From a bacterium (GTDB taxonomy: Bacteria > Krumholzibacteriota > Krumholzibacteriia > LZORAL124-64-63): 64,000 bases of DNA. This document shows, in pieces, positions 29,705 to 39,608 of the stretch. The stretch spans positions 13,572 through 77,571 of the forward strand of contig JANOEP010000027.1 in NCBI GenBank assembly GCA_031441465.1, written 5' to 3'. The notes under the pieces were generated by a model that did not search any database, was not told the DNA's origin, and worked only from the letters and a program-made list of their open reading frames with translations. How positions within the stretch are numbered: position 1 is the stretch's first letter; each line of letters begins with the position of its first letter. The translations under genes were made by a program, and so were the position numbers.

Positions 29705-30811
29705 ATGGTGACGGCGAACTCCCGGATCAATCTGGCCCTGGTCAACGGCATGAGGAGCCTCGGCGGCGCCGAACTCTGGCACCTGGACGTGGCCCACGGT
29801 CTGCGGGACCGCGGGCACCGCGTTCTGGTGGTCGGCCAACCCGGTTCGGAACTGCTGCGCCGAGCGTCGGCGTCGGGACTCGAGGTGGCCGGCGTGCCGA
29901 TCCGCTGCGACGGGGCGCCTTGGACCGTGGCCCGACTCGGCCGGTTGTTCCGCTCCCACGGCACGACGGCGGTCCTCTGCAACCGCCTCAAGGACCTCAA
30001 GGCCGCGGGCGTCGCGGCGCGGCTGGCCGGGGTCGGGGTCGTCCTGAAGAGCCGCGAGAGCGACCATCCCCTGCGCCGGCGCCCGCATTACCGCTGGTAC
30101 TACGACCGGGTGGCCACCGGCGTGCTCGTCAACTCGCAGGCCACGTTGCGCACGACCATGAGCAGCGCGCCCTGGCTGCGGCCCGAACGGGTCCACCTGC
30201 TGTACAAGGGCATCGACGGCGAGCGCTTCGGTGTGCAGCCGGAATCGCCGGGCCGCCTCGCGGTGGGCTTCGCCGGCAGCCTGGACGAGCGCAAGGGCGT
30301 GCCGCTGCTGATGGCGGCCTGGTCGAGGGTGCTCGCCGCGAGCGGCGGCGCCTCCCCCGTGCTGCGCCTCGCCGGCGACGGCCCGCTGCGGCCGGCGCTG
30401 GCGGCCTGGCGCGCGGGTTTGCACGATCCCGGCAGCGTCGAGTTGTCGGGTTGGGTCCAGGACATGCCGGCGTTCCACGGCGCGCTCGCGCTGCTGGCGG
30501 TCCCGTCGCGGTACGAGGGGTTCGGGCTCGCCGCCGCCGAGGCCGGAGCCTGCGGCCGGCCCGTCGTCGCGACACGGACCAGCTCCCTGCCCGAGGTGGT
30601 GCGCGACGGCGAGACAGGTCTGCTGGTGCCCCCGGGCGACCCGGACGCCCTGGCCGCCGCGATCCTGAGGTTGCTGAACGATCCCGGTCTGCGCCGTCGC
30701 CTCGGCGCGGCCGCGGCCGGGCACATCCGCACACGCTTCGACCGGGCCGCGATGCTGACCCGGCTCGAGGGCCTGCTGCGGCCCCCGCTGCGGCAAGAGG
30801 AGACGCCGTGA
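29705..30811 (+). CDS. Glycosyltransferase family 4 (GT-B)
   Basis: GGAE, RKG, PSRYEGFGLAAAEAGACGRPVVAT, PEVVRDGETGLLV. Confidence 0.92.
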   Translation: MVTANSRINLALVNGMRSLGGAELWHLDVAHGLRDRGHRVLVVGQPGSELLRRASASGLEVAGVPIRCDGAPWTVARLGRLFRSHGTTAVLCNRLKDLKAAGVAARLAGVGVVLKSRESDHPLRRRPHYRWYYDRVATGVLVNSQATLRTTMSSAPWLRPERVHLLYKGIDGERFGVQPESPGRLAVGFAGSLDERKGVPLLMAAWSRVLAASGGASPVLRLAGDGPLRPALAAWRAGLHDPGSVELSGWVQDMPAFHGALALLAVPSRYEGFGLAAAEAGACGRPVVATRTSSLPEVVRDGETGLLVPPGDPDALAAAILRLLNDPGLRRRLGAAAAGHIRTRFDRAAMLTRLEGLLRPPLRQEETP

Positions 30812-31602
30812 CCAGGCTGCGCGTGGCCGCGATCCAGACCTCGCCGGTGTTCGGCGAGCCCGCCCACAACCTCGAGACGGCCCTGGCCCTGGTGCCGCCC
30901 GGCCTCGACCTGGCCGTCCTGCCCGAACTCTGCACGACCGGTTACCAGTTCCGCGATCGCGAGGAAGCGCTGGGCCTGGCCGAGACGGCCGACGGCCCGA
31001 CGTCGCGGCGCCTGGCGGCGTGGGCCGCCGCGACCGGCACCACCCTGGTGGCGGGCTTCGCCGAGCGCGACGGTGATCAGCTCTACAACAGCAGCCTGCT
31101 GGTGCGGCCCGACGGCACCACGGCGTTCTACCGCAAGGTCCACCTCTTCTGGGACGAGAAGCTCGTCTTCGCGCCGGGCGACCTCGGCTTTCCCGTCATC
31201 CCGGCCTGCGGCACGTCGGTGGGCATGATGATCTGCTTCGACTGGATCTTTCCGGAGGCGGCCCGCACCCTGGCGCGGCGCGGCGCGAAACTCATCGCCC
31301 ACCCCAGCAATCTGGTGCTGCCCCACTGCCCCGACGCGATGGTGACGCGCTGCCTGGAGAACCGCTGCTTCGCGGTGACGGCGAACCGGGTGGGCGGCGA
31401 GGAGCGGGTCGAGGGCCGGCGGCTCGAATTCATCGGCCGCAGCCAGGTCTGCGGCCCCGGCGGTGCGCCCCTGGTGCGCCTCGGCGGCGACGTCGCGGGC
31501 GTCGCCGCGGCCGTGATCGACCTCGCCGACGCCGACCCGCGCCTGACGCCGCGCAACGATGTGTGGGAGGATCGCCGGCCGGATCAGTACACGGACGGCT
31601 AG
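30808..31602 (+). CDS. Carbon-nitrogen hydrolase (nitrilase superfamily)
   Basis: GTGA overlap; catalytic triad LPEL / YRKVHL / ICFDW; ANRVG. Confidence 0.92.
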   Translation: MTRLRVAAIQTSPVFGEPAHNLETALALVPPGLDLAVLPELCTTGYQFRDREEALGLAETADGPTSRRLAAWAAATGTTLVAGFAERDGDQLYNSSLLVRPDGTTAFYRKVHLFWDEKLVFAPGDLGFPVIPACGTSVGMMICFDWIFPEAARTLARRGAKLIAHPSNLVLPHCPDAMVTRCLENRCFAVTANRVGGEERVEGRRLEFIGRSQVCGPGGAPLVRLGGDVAGVAAAVIDLADADPRLTPRNDVWEDRRPDQYTDG

Positions 31603-32882
31603 GCTATGGCCTCGGCGCCGGCCCGCCAGTCCTTCGGCACCACGACCACGCCGGCCTCGGTCACCTTGAACAGGCGGTGGTCGGCCTCGCGGTCCCAGCC
31701 GATGTGCATGCCGTCGGGGATCTCGGCGCCCTTGTCGACGATGGCGCGGTGGACCGCCGCGCGCTTGCCGATGCGGGCGTTGTCCATGATCACCGAATCG
31801 ACCACGTGGCAGCCGGCGTCGAGGTAGACGTTGCGACCCAGGATCGAGCGCTCGGCGGTGCCGCCGGAGATGATGGTGCCGCCGCCGACGATCGAGCCGA
31901 TCAACTGCCCGATCGGGCTGGCGCCGTCGAAGTGGTTGTGGACCGTCTTGGCGGGCGGGGCCGGCGCCATCCAGGTGCGGATCGGCCAGTCGCGGTCGTA
32001 GAGGCTGAACGGAGGCACCGGACGGATCAGGTCCATCGAGGCGGCGTAGTAGGTGTCGAGCGTGCCGATATCGCGCCAGTAGCGCGGCTGGTCGGTCTCG
32101 TGGTCGAGGAAGGGATAAGCCAACACCCCGCCTTCGCGCACCATGGCCGGGATGACGTTCTTGCCGAAGTCGTGGGCCGATCTCGGGTCGCCCGCGTCCT
32201 TCTGCAATTCGCTGACGAGGTCCTCGCGGTTGAAGACGTAGACCCCCATGTTGACCAGGCACCAGTCGGGCTTGCCGGGGATCGTCTTGGGGTCCGACGG
32301 CTTCTCCTGGAACCCGATCACCCAGCCCTTCTCGTCGACCTCCAGGATGCCGAACTCGTGGGCCTCGCTGCGCGGCACCACGACCGCGGCCAGGGTCAGG
32401 CGCGCCTTGCGGCGGGAGTGCAGGACCATCAGCGTGGAGTAGTCCATGCGGTAGATGTGGTCGCCGGAGAGGATCAGCACGAAATCGGGCTGCTCGCGGT
32501 CGATGAGGTAGATGTTCTGGTAGATGGCGTCCGCGGTGCCGCGGTACCACATCTCGCCGACGCGATGCTGCGGCGGGATGCCGTAGAGGAACTCCCCGGC
32601 CTCGTGGTTGAAGATCTGCCAACCCTTCAACAGGTGCTTGTCCAGCGAGTAGGACTTGTACTGCGTCAGCACGTAGATGCGGCGCAGGCCCGAATTCCAG
32701 ATGTTGCTGAGCGTGAAGTCGATGATGCGGTAGTTGGCGCCGAACGGCACGCCGGGCTTGGACCGCTCGTCGGTCAGGGGCCGCAGCCGTTCGCCGCGCC
32801 CGCCGGCCATGATCATCGTCAGGGTGTGGCGCGGCAGGTCGAGGATCTTCACGGGCGAGTCCGTCTTGCTGCCGACGCTCAT
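31599..32882 (-). CDS. glgC: Glucose-1-phosphate adenylyltransferase
   Basis: AGGRGERLRPLT, KPGVPFG, YRIIDF, WYRGTADA, LSGDHIYRMDY, FQEKP, HDFGKNVIP, YWRDIGT. Confidence 0.97.
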   Translation of the reverse strand: MSVGSKTDSPVKILDLPRHTLTMIMAGGRGERLRPLTDERSKPGVPFGANYRIIDFTLSNIWNSGLRRIYVLTQYKSYSLDKHLLKGWQIFNHEAGEFLYGIPPQHRVGEMWYRGTADAIYQNIYLIDREQPDFVLILSGDHIYRMDYSTLMVLHSRRKARLTLAAVVVPRSEAHEFGILEVDEKGWVIGFQEKPSDPKTIPGKPDWCLVNMGVYVFNREDLVSELQKDAGDPRSAHDFGKNVIPAMVREGGVLAYPFLDHETDQPRYWRDIGTLDTYYAASMDLIRPVPPFSLYDRDWPIRTWMAPAPPAKTVHNHFDGASPIGQLIGSIVGGGTIISGGTAERSILGRNVYLDAGCHVVDSVIMDNARIGKRAAVHRAIVDKGAEIPDGMHIGWDREADHRLFKVTEAGVVVVPKDWRAGAEAIA

Positions 32883-34330
32883 GTTCCCTCCAGGCTGCAG
32901 TAGAGATCCTCGTAGGCGGCCGCCGGCGCCGCCCAGCCGTAATCCGCGTCCATCCCCCGCCGCACGAGACTACTCCATCGGCCCGGCTCGCGCCAAGCTT
33001 CGATCGTGCGGGCGAGCGCGGCGCCGAGCGCCGCCGGCGTCGCCTCGTCGAAGACGAAGCCGTCCCCGGCGGGGTCGGCGGCGTCGGTCACGGTGTCGGC
33101 CAGCCCGCCGGTGCGCCGCACCACCGGCGGCGTGCCGTAGCGCAGGGCGTACAGCTGGGCCAGGCCGCAGGGTTCGAAGCGCGACGGCATCACGAAGGCG
33201 TCGGCGCCGGCGTAGAAGCGGCGCGAGAGGGCCTCGTCGAAGCGCGCGGCGAAGGCGATCCGGCCCGGATGAGCCGCCGCGGCCGCGCTCAGGGCCAGTT
33301 CCAGGGCGGGTTCGCCGGTGCCGAGCACGGCCAGCCGCCAGCCGTCGTCGACGAGCGTGCCGACCAGCGGCAACAGCAGGTCGATCCCCTTCTGCTGCGC
33401 CAGGCGGCCGACCGAGGCGAGCACCGGTCCGCCGTCCTCGAGCCCCAGTTCCCTCAGCAGGGCGGTGCGGCAGGCGATCTTGCCGACCGGCGCACGCGCC
33501 GTGTAAGTCGCGGGCAGGCAGGGGTCGGTGGCCGGGTTCCACGCCTCCCGGTCCATGCCGTTGAGGATTCCCGAGAAGTCCGCGCCCCGATCGCGCAGCA
33601 CGCCGGCCAGGCCGCAACCCAGGTCCTCGTCGGCGGTCACCTCGTGCGCGTAGGTCGGGCTGACCGTGTTGACCCGGTCGGACAGCAGGATGCCGGCCTT
33701 CATCAGGTTCAGGCCGCCGTGAAATTCCATCTCGCCGGGGTGCCAGGCCAAGCGCGCCGGCAGGTCGAGGCCCGGGAACTCCCAGCGCGGATGGAGCGAT
33801 TGGTGGGCGAGGTTGTGGATCGTCAGCAGCGTGCGGGACTTGGCCAGCGGCGTGCCCGCCCGCGACCAGCAAGCCAGGTCGACGGCCGCCAATGCGCTCG
33901 CCGCGTCGTGGAGATGGACCACGTCGGGCGCCCAGTCCAGCATCACCGCCGCCTCCAACGCTCCCTGCGCCAGCAGGGCCAGGCGCGGCAACGTGTCCGC
34001 GAACTCGCTCGTTTGCGCGTAGCCGTAGATGCCGGGGCGAAAGTACAGAGCTGCGTTCTCGAGCAGCAGCACGTCGGGACCCTCGGCGGCCTGCGCGCGC
34101 CAAAACCGGCAGCGCCGCACCGCGCCGCCGCGGCGCACCGCGAAGAACGGCAGTTCCGGGCAGGGCGTCAGCGCGTGCAGTTCCCGGTCGATGTCGCCGT
34201 AGAGCGGCAGCACGACCTTCACCTCGTGCCCGCGCGCGGCCAGGGCGCCCGCGAGCGCCGCCACCATGTCGCCCAGGCCGCCGGCCTTGGCCAGCGGCGC
34301 GTACTCGGCGGTGATCATCAGGATCTTCAT
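32879..34330 (-). CDS. glgA: Glycogen/starch synthase (GT5)
   Basis: KAGGLGD, HLHD, TIHNL, TVSPTYA, GILNG, RLAQQKG, PSRFEPCGLAQL, TGGLADTV. Confidence 0.96.
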   Translation of the reverse strand: MKILMITAEYAPLAKAGGLGDMVAALAGALAARGHEVKVVLPLYGDIDRELHALTPCPELPFFAVRRGGAVRRCRFWRAQAAEGPDVLLLENAALYFRPGIYGYAQTSEFADTLPRLALLAQGALEAAVMLDWAPDVVHLHDAASALAAVDLACWSRAGTPLAKSRTLLTIHNLAHQSLHPRWEFPGLDLPARLAWHPGEMEFHGGLNLMKAGILLSDRVNTVSPTYAHEVTADEDLGCGLAGVLRDRGADFSGILNGMDREAWNPATDPCLPATYTARAPVGKIACRTALLRELGLEDGGPVLASVGRLAQQKGIDLLLPLVGTLVDDGWRLAVLGTGEPALELALSAAAAAHPGRIAFAARFDEALSRRFYAGADAFVMPSRFEPCGLAQLYALRYGTPPVVRRTGGLADTVTDAADPAGDGFVFDEATPAALGAALARTIEAWREPGRWSSLVRRGMDADYGWAAPAAAYEDLYCSLEGT

Positions 34331-34331
34331 C

Positions 34332-36497
34332 TCAGACCTCCCGCGGCGCGGCGACCCCGTGCTCGATCGCGAACGACTGCCGGAAGGTCTGCGTGACGCC
34401 GGGATCGAGGTCGAGGTCCCAGACGAACAGCAGCAGGTGCCCCTGGTAGGTCAGCCGGAAACCGTCCTCGGCCTGCGTCGCCGTGCGCACGGCGTGGATC
34501 CACACCTCCGCCTCGTTGCCCAGCTCCCAGCGCAGCGCGGCGCGGTGCAGGGGCACCAGCACGGTCAGTTCGCGGCGACGGTCGAGGCGGACCGAGTCCA
34601 GCGGCGTCGCCGGCTCGTCGCCGTCCGGAGCGTAGGCGCCGCCGTCGTACAGGGCCAGGTTCCACTCCGGCGCGAAACGGCAGCGCACGCGTTCCGTGCC
34701 GATGTTGCGCACCGTCCAGGCGACGTCGAACGCCGCGCCGTTGCGGTGCAGCGCCACCGTCTTCTCCACCTGCAGCGGGAAGGCGCGGCCCCCGCGGTCG
34801 CGGTAGCAGCCTTCGCGGCGGGTCTGGAAGCGATCGTCCTCGAGGCTGCCCGTCTGGCCAAAGCGGGGCGACGTCATCGCCGCCGGCGCGGCGGCGAAAT
34901 CGCCGCCGTCCTGGCCGGCCATGTCCGGCAGCACGTTGGGGAACCCGGCGTCCGGGTGCAGGAAGCGCTCGAGCAGGGAATAGCGGGGCTGGGGGTCCAC
35001 GGCCAGCGCCCGCTTGATTTCCGGCGACACGCGGGTGACCAGGTCGTGGATCGACACGCCCTGATCGGCGCCGGCGGCGTCGCCGCCCGCCCCGGTGAGC
35101 GGCGCGCGCTCGATCTTGGTGTGGTAGGCCTCGCGCCGGCGGCGCAGGGTGTTCTGGAGATTCCAGTCCTCGCGGCGGTCTTCGAGACCGATCAGCGCGC
35201 CGCCGCGGTCCGGCGAGAGGTAAAGTTCGATCGCGTCGTTGCCCAGCCGCACGTCGGTGCCCGTCCGGCCGACCAGCGACACCATCTGGGCGCGCGGGGG
35301 CGGCGCCACGGTCTGGATGATCTCGGTGCCCAGGATCAGGTGCCGGTAGATCGCGTGACGCAGGTGCGGCAGGTAGAGACCGCCGAAGACGCCGTGCCAG
35401 TAGGCGCAGTTGCACTGGGCCCGCCACAAGTGGTCGCGGGCCTCGTCGACGCGCTGCTCGTCGGCGCCGGTGGCCTCGGCGGCGGCGATCTCCTCGTGCA
35501 GCAGCAGGGAGCGCCGCTGCATCAGCAGGCTCTCCTCGTACTTCTGGAAGAACTGGCGCCAGAAACCGCCCCTGAAGAAGGGGCGCATCTCGTCCCAGCG
35601 GTCCTGGTCGCGGTAGGCGTGCACCGCGTCGGCGAAGATCTCGGCGGCGGGCATCGGCAACGACCATTCCGACATCTCGAAGTAGCTGCCGGGCGGCAGG
35701 TAGACGCGCTCGCGCGGCGGGCGGGCCCGCAGCACCTCGGACGGGTGCGCCAGCTCGAGCCAGTCCGACTCGGCGTCCAGGGCCGTACAGAAGCGGTCCA
35801 GCCAGCCGCGGCCGTAGACGAGGTCGTGGGTGCCGGGCCAGGCGCCGAACTTCTCGCCGTCGTCGATCATGACCAGGACGCCCTCGGGGTCGCGCTCGTG
35901 CAGGGCGCGGCAAGCGGCCACGGTTTCGGACGGGTCGCGGAACGGGATCAGGTAGCGCAGCTGCTCGCTGATGGGCAGCAGGGCCACCTCGTGGCCGAGG
36001 TCGTCGGTCAGCAGCGGGCCGTGGGTCAGGCGCTCCGGCGGCACGCCGGCCTGGACGAAGTGGTAGTCGTCGAGCAGGGCGAACTCCACGCCGGCGCGGG
36101 CCAGCGAGCCGGCCAGGTGCGGCTCCCAGACGCGCTCGGCCATCCAGACGCCGCGGCAGTCGGCGCCGAGGTGCTGGCGCACCCAGTCGCACATCATCCG
36201 CAGCTGGCCGACGCGGTCGCGCTCCGGGATGGCGGCGAGGATCGGCTCGTAGAAGCCGCCGCCGAGCATCTCCACGCGCCCCGCGCGCACCAGGAAGGCC
36301 GCGCGCTCGAGCCACTCCGGGTGGTGGCGCTGCAGCCATTCCAGCAGGGGTCCGCTCACGTGCAGGCTGAAGCGGAAACGCTCGTGGCGCTCGACCCGCT
36401 CCAGGAACGGCAGGTAGCTGCTGCGGTAGATGTCCTCGATCACGTGATCGAAGTTGCCGACGGGCTGGTGGTTGTGGATGCCGACGACGAGCTTCAC
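34332..36497 (-). CDS. GH57 4-alpha-glucanotransferase / alpha-amylase (with DUF1925/DUF1926-type C-terminal part)
   Basis: GTG start overlapping the upstream stop; HNHQP, GGFYEPIL, WMAERVW, DDGEKFG, AQCNCAYWHGVFGGLYLPHLR. Confidence 0.92.
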   Translation of the reverse strand: MKLVVGIHNHQPVGNFDHVIEDIYRSSYLPFLERVERHERFRFSLHVSGPLLEWLQRHHPEWLERAAFLVRAGRVEMLGGGFYEPILAAIPERDRVGQLRMMCDWVRQHLGADCRGVWMAERVWEPHLAGSLARAGVEFALLDDYHFVQAGVPPERLTHGPLLTDDLGHEVALLPISEQLRYLIPFRDPSETVAACRALHERDPEGVLVMIDDGEKFGAWPGTHDLVYGRGWLDRFCTALDAESDWLELAHPSEVLRARPPRERVYLPPGSYFEMSEWSLPMPAAEIFADAVHAYRDQDRWDEMRPFFRGGFWRQFFQKYEESLLMQRRSLLLHEEIAAAEATGADEQRVDEARDHLWRAQCNCAYWHGVFGGLYLPHLRHAIYRHLILGTEIIQTVAPPPRAQMVSLVGRTGTDVRLGNDAIELYLSPDRGGALIGLEDRREDWNLQNTLRRRREAYHTKIERAPLTGAGGDAAGADQGVSIHDLVTRVSPEIKRALAVDPQPRYSLLERFLHPDAGFPNVLPDMAGQDGGDFAAAPAAMTSPRFGQTGSLEDDRFQTRREGCYRDRGGRAFPLQVEKTVALHRNGAAFDVAWTVRNIGTERVRCRFAPEWNLALYDGGAYAPDGDEPATPLDSVRLDRRRELTVLVPLHRAALRWELGNEAEVWIHAVRTATQAEDGFRLTYQGHLLLFVWDLDLDPGVTQTFRQSFAIEHGVAAPREV

Positions 36498-38206
36498 GCC
36501 TGACCTCCTGAGAGCAGCACGGGGATGTCGAGTCCGGGATCCGCCTCGGCGCCAGCCAGGTCCAGGGCCTGCTGCAGGTGGCGGCGGAACGTGGTGTCGA
36601 ATTCGTGCGCGTAGTCGGTGGGGTTGTCGTCCCCGTACCACCAGAACCAGTCGCTGCTCTCGGCATTGGCCATGGCCGTCATCGCCGCCGCGAGCGGCCC
36701 CACGCAGCCGGGGCCGATCAGCGCGGGGTCGGGAGCCTCCACCTCGACGCCGCCGGCCAAGCCGACCCGGCGCAACGCGCCGGCGGCGGCCAGCCGCTCC
36801 TGGAAGCGGTCGCGCACGCGCGTCAGGTACTCCCATCCGCGGTTCTTCTCGGCGTGGCCGACCCAGGTCGTGAAGTCGGCCCGGATCCACGAACCGGCGC
36901 AGACGCGCCCGAGTTCGCCGACACGGCCGCCCGCGACCAGATGCTCGTCGAAGGTCGTCCACCGCAGGTCGGGCGCCTCGGCGACGGCCCGGTACATGGC
37001 CTGCAGGAAATCCTGCCCGTTGCGCTCGTAGAACTCCCAGGGGTTCTCCCCGTCCAGGATGATCGGCACGACGCAGCCCGCGCCCTGGTCGGACGAATCC
37101 GCGGCCAGCTCCGCGCGGATCGACCGCAGGTGGCCCAGCAGGTCGGCGACCGCGTCCTGCGCCCGCCACGACTGGTAGCGGAAACCCAGCGCGTCGCTCA
37201 GGCCCGTGTCGCGGAAGAACAGCGCCGGCGCGTCGGCGCCGCCCCAGCGCCAGGCCTGGAAGTGGCGCCGTGCGGGGGCGGTCTGACCGCTTCGCGCCAG
37301 GGAGCGCGCCAGCACGCCCTGGTCGGTCGCCGCCCAGAGGATCCCCTCGGTCTGCAGCACGCGCAACGCGGCCTCACTGATGGAACCCTCGGCCGGCCAC
37401 ATGCCGCGCGGCCGCACTCCGAGCACGCGCGCGGTCTCGTCCAGCGCCGTCTTCACGTGGTACCAGGCGTCGCCGGGGTAGCGGAAACGGGCCGCCGGCA
37501 AGGGCAGGTGCGGCAGGGCTTCGTGGGCGGCCTCGGTGTCGCAGAGCAGCGGCAGGATGGGATGGTTCAGCGGCGTGCAGGAGATCTCGATGCAACCGCG
37601 GTCGGCCGCCTCGCGGTAGGCCGGCAGCACGCCCTGCAGGAACGCGTGCTGGCGCTCGAGGAGTTCCGCCTTGTCCGCGGCCGAGAACCCGTCCCCGCGC
37701 GCGATCAGGCGCGCGACCGACGGATCCTCGCGCAGCGTGCGCCCGCACCAGGCGAGGTGGAAGAGCACCTGCAGGTCGAGCAGATCCTGATCCGTGAAGC
37801 GTTCGGCGCGGCCCGCCGGCACCTCGACGCCCTCTCCCCGCTGTTCCCACAGGGCGCGCAGGCGGGGGAACTCGGCGAAACGGCGCGCGTGGTGGAAGGC
37901 GAAGAAATCCCGCACGATCCGCGCGCGGTCGGCCGGGTCCAGGTCGGCGGGGGCGGCCCGGGCCAGCAGCAGGTGGTCGTCCGGCACGCCCGCGGCCGCC
38001 GCCTCGATCTGCCGCAACAACGAGGGCACGACGTTGAACACGGCGCGGGCGCCGGGCTGCTCCCGCACGTAACGGACCATATCGTAATAGCTTAGCAGCG
38101 CGTGCAGGCGAACCCAGGGCATGCGCGGCCGGCCCAGCGCGGCGTCGGTGTAGTCGGGCTGGTGCATGTGCCACAGGACGGCGACAGACAGGGGCTGGGG
38201 GGTCAT
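36494..38206 (-). CDS. GH57 glycoside hydrolase (amylopullulanase-like), cytoplasmic
   Basis: WHMHQP, PWVRLH, HPILPLL, GMWPAEG, ILDGENPWE, AESSDWFWW. Confidence 0.92.
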   Translation of the reverse strand: MTPQPLSVAVLWHMHQPDYTDAALGRPRMPWVRLHALLSYYDMVRYVREQPGARAVFNVVPSLLRQIEAAAAGVPDDHLLLARAAPADLDPADRARIVRDFFAFHHARRFAEFPRLRALWEQRGEGVEVPAGRAERFTDQDLLDLQVLFHLAWCGRTLREDPSVARLIARGDGFSAADKAELLERQHAFLQGVLPAYREAADRGCIEISCTPLNHPILPLLCDTEAAHEALPHLPLPAARFRYPGDAWYHVKTALDETARVLGVRPRGMWPAEGSISEAALRVLQTEGILWAATDQGVLARSLARSGQTAPARRHFQAWRWGGADAPALFFRDTGLSDALGFRYQSWRAQDAVADLLGHLRSIRAELAADSSDQGAGCVVPIILDGENPWEFYERNGQDFLQAMYRAVAEAPDLRWTTFDEHLVAGGRVGELGRVCAGSWIRADFTTWVGHAEKNRGWEYLTRVRDRFQERLAAAGALRRVGLAGGVEVEAPDPALIGPGCVGPLAAAMTAMANAESSDWFWWYGDDNPTDYAHEFDTTFRRHLQQALDLAGAEADPGLDIPVLLSGGQA

Positions 38207-38289
38207 GGCGCTCCCTCGAAAAAAAACATGGGCGGCCTGGAACCTCGGCCGCGGACCCTGCGTAGAATACAACATCGGATCGGACAAGC

Positions 38290-38346
38290 AACTCAGGACC
38301 GACCCCGAAATTCAGATCCGAGCCCGAAACTCAGTACCGAATCCGA
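38290..38346 (+). repeat. Three tandem imperfect 19-bp direct repeats in a divergent promoter region
   Basis: AACTCAGGACCGACCCCGA / AATTCAGATCCGAGCCCGA / AACTCAGTACCGAATCCGA. Confidence 0.7.
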
Positions 38347-38508
38347 GAGTCATTCCCCAGAGGCGAGAGCAGAGCGAGTCAAGCGTGCAGCGGCGGGAGC
38401 GGGGCGACCCGCTCCCGCCGTTTTATGCCTCGTTCAGGAATCCCCCTTGGAGCAGCGCACCCGGATCGACTAAGATCGCCCCCGTCCCGAACCCTGAGGA
38501 GCGACGGC

Positions 38509-39591
<1,083 letters not shown>

Positions 39592-39608
39592 TTCGGGACC
39601 GCCGCCCG

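Noticed and set aside
38290..38346. CRISPR or mini-CRISPR array
   Set aside because: Repeats are contiguous, degenerate and have no spacers; no cas genes.
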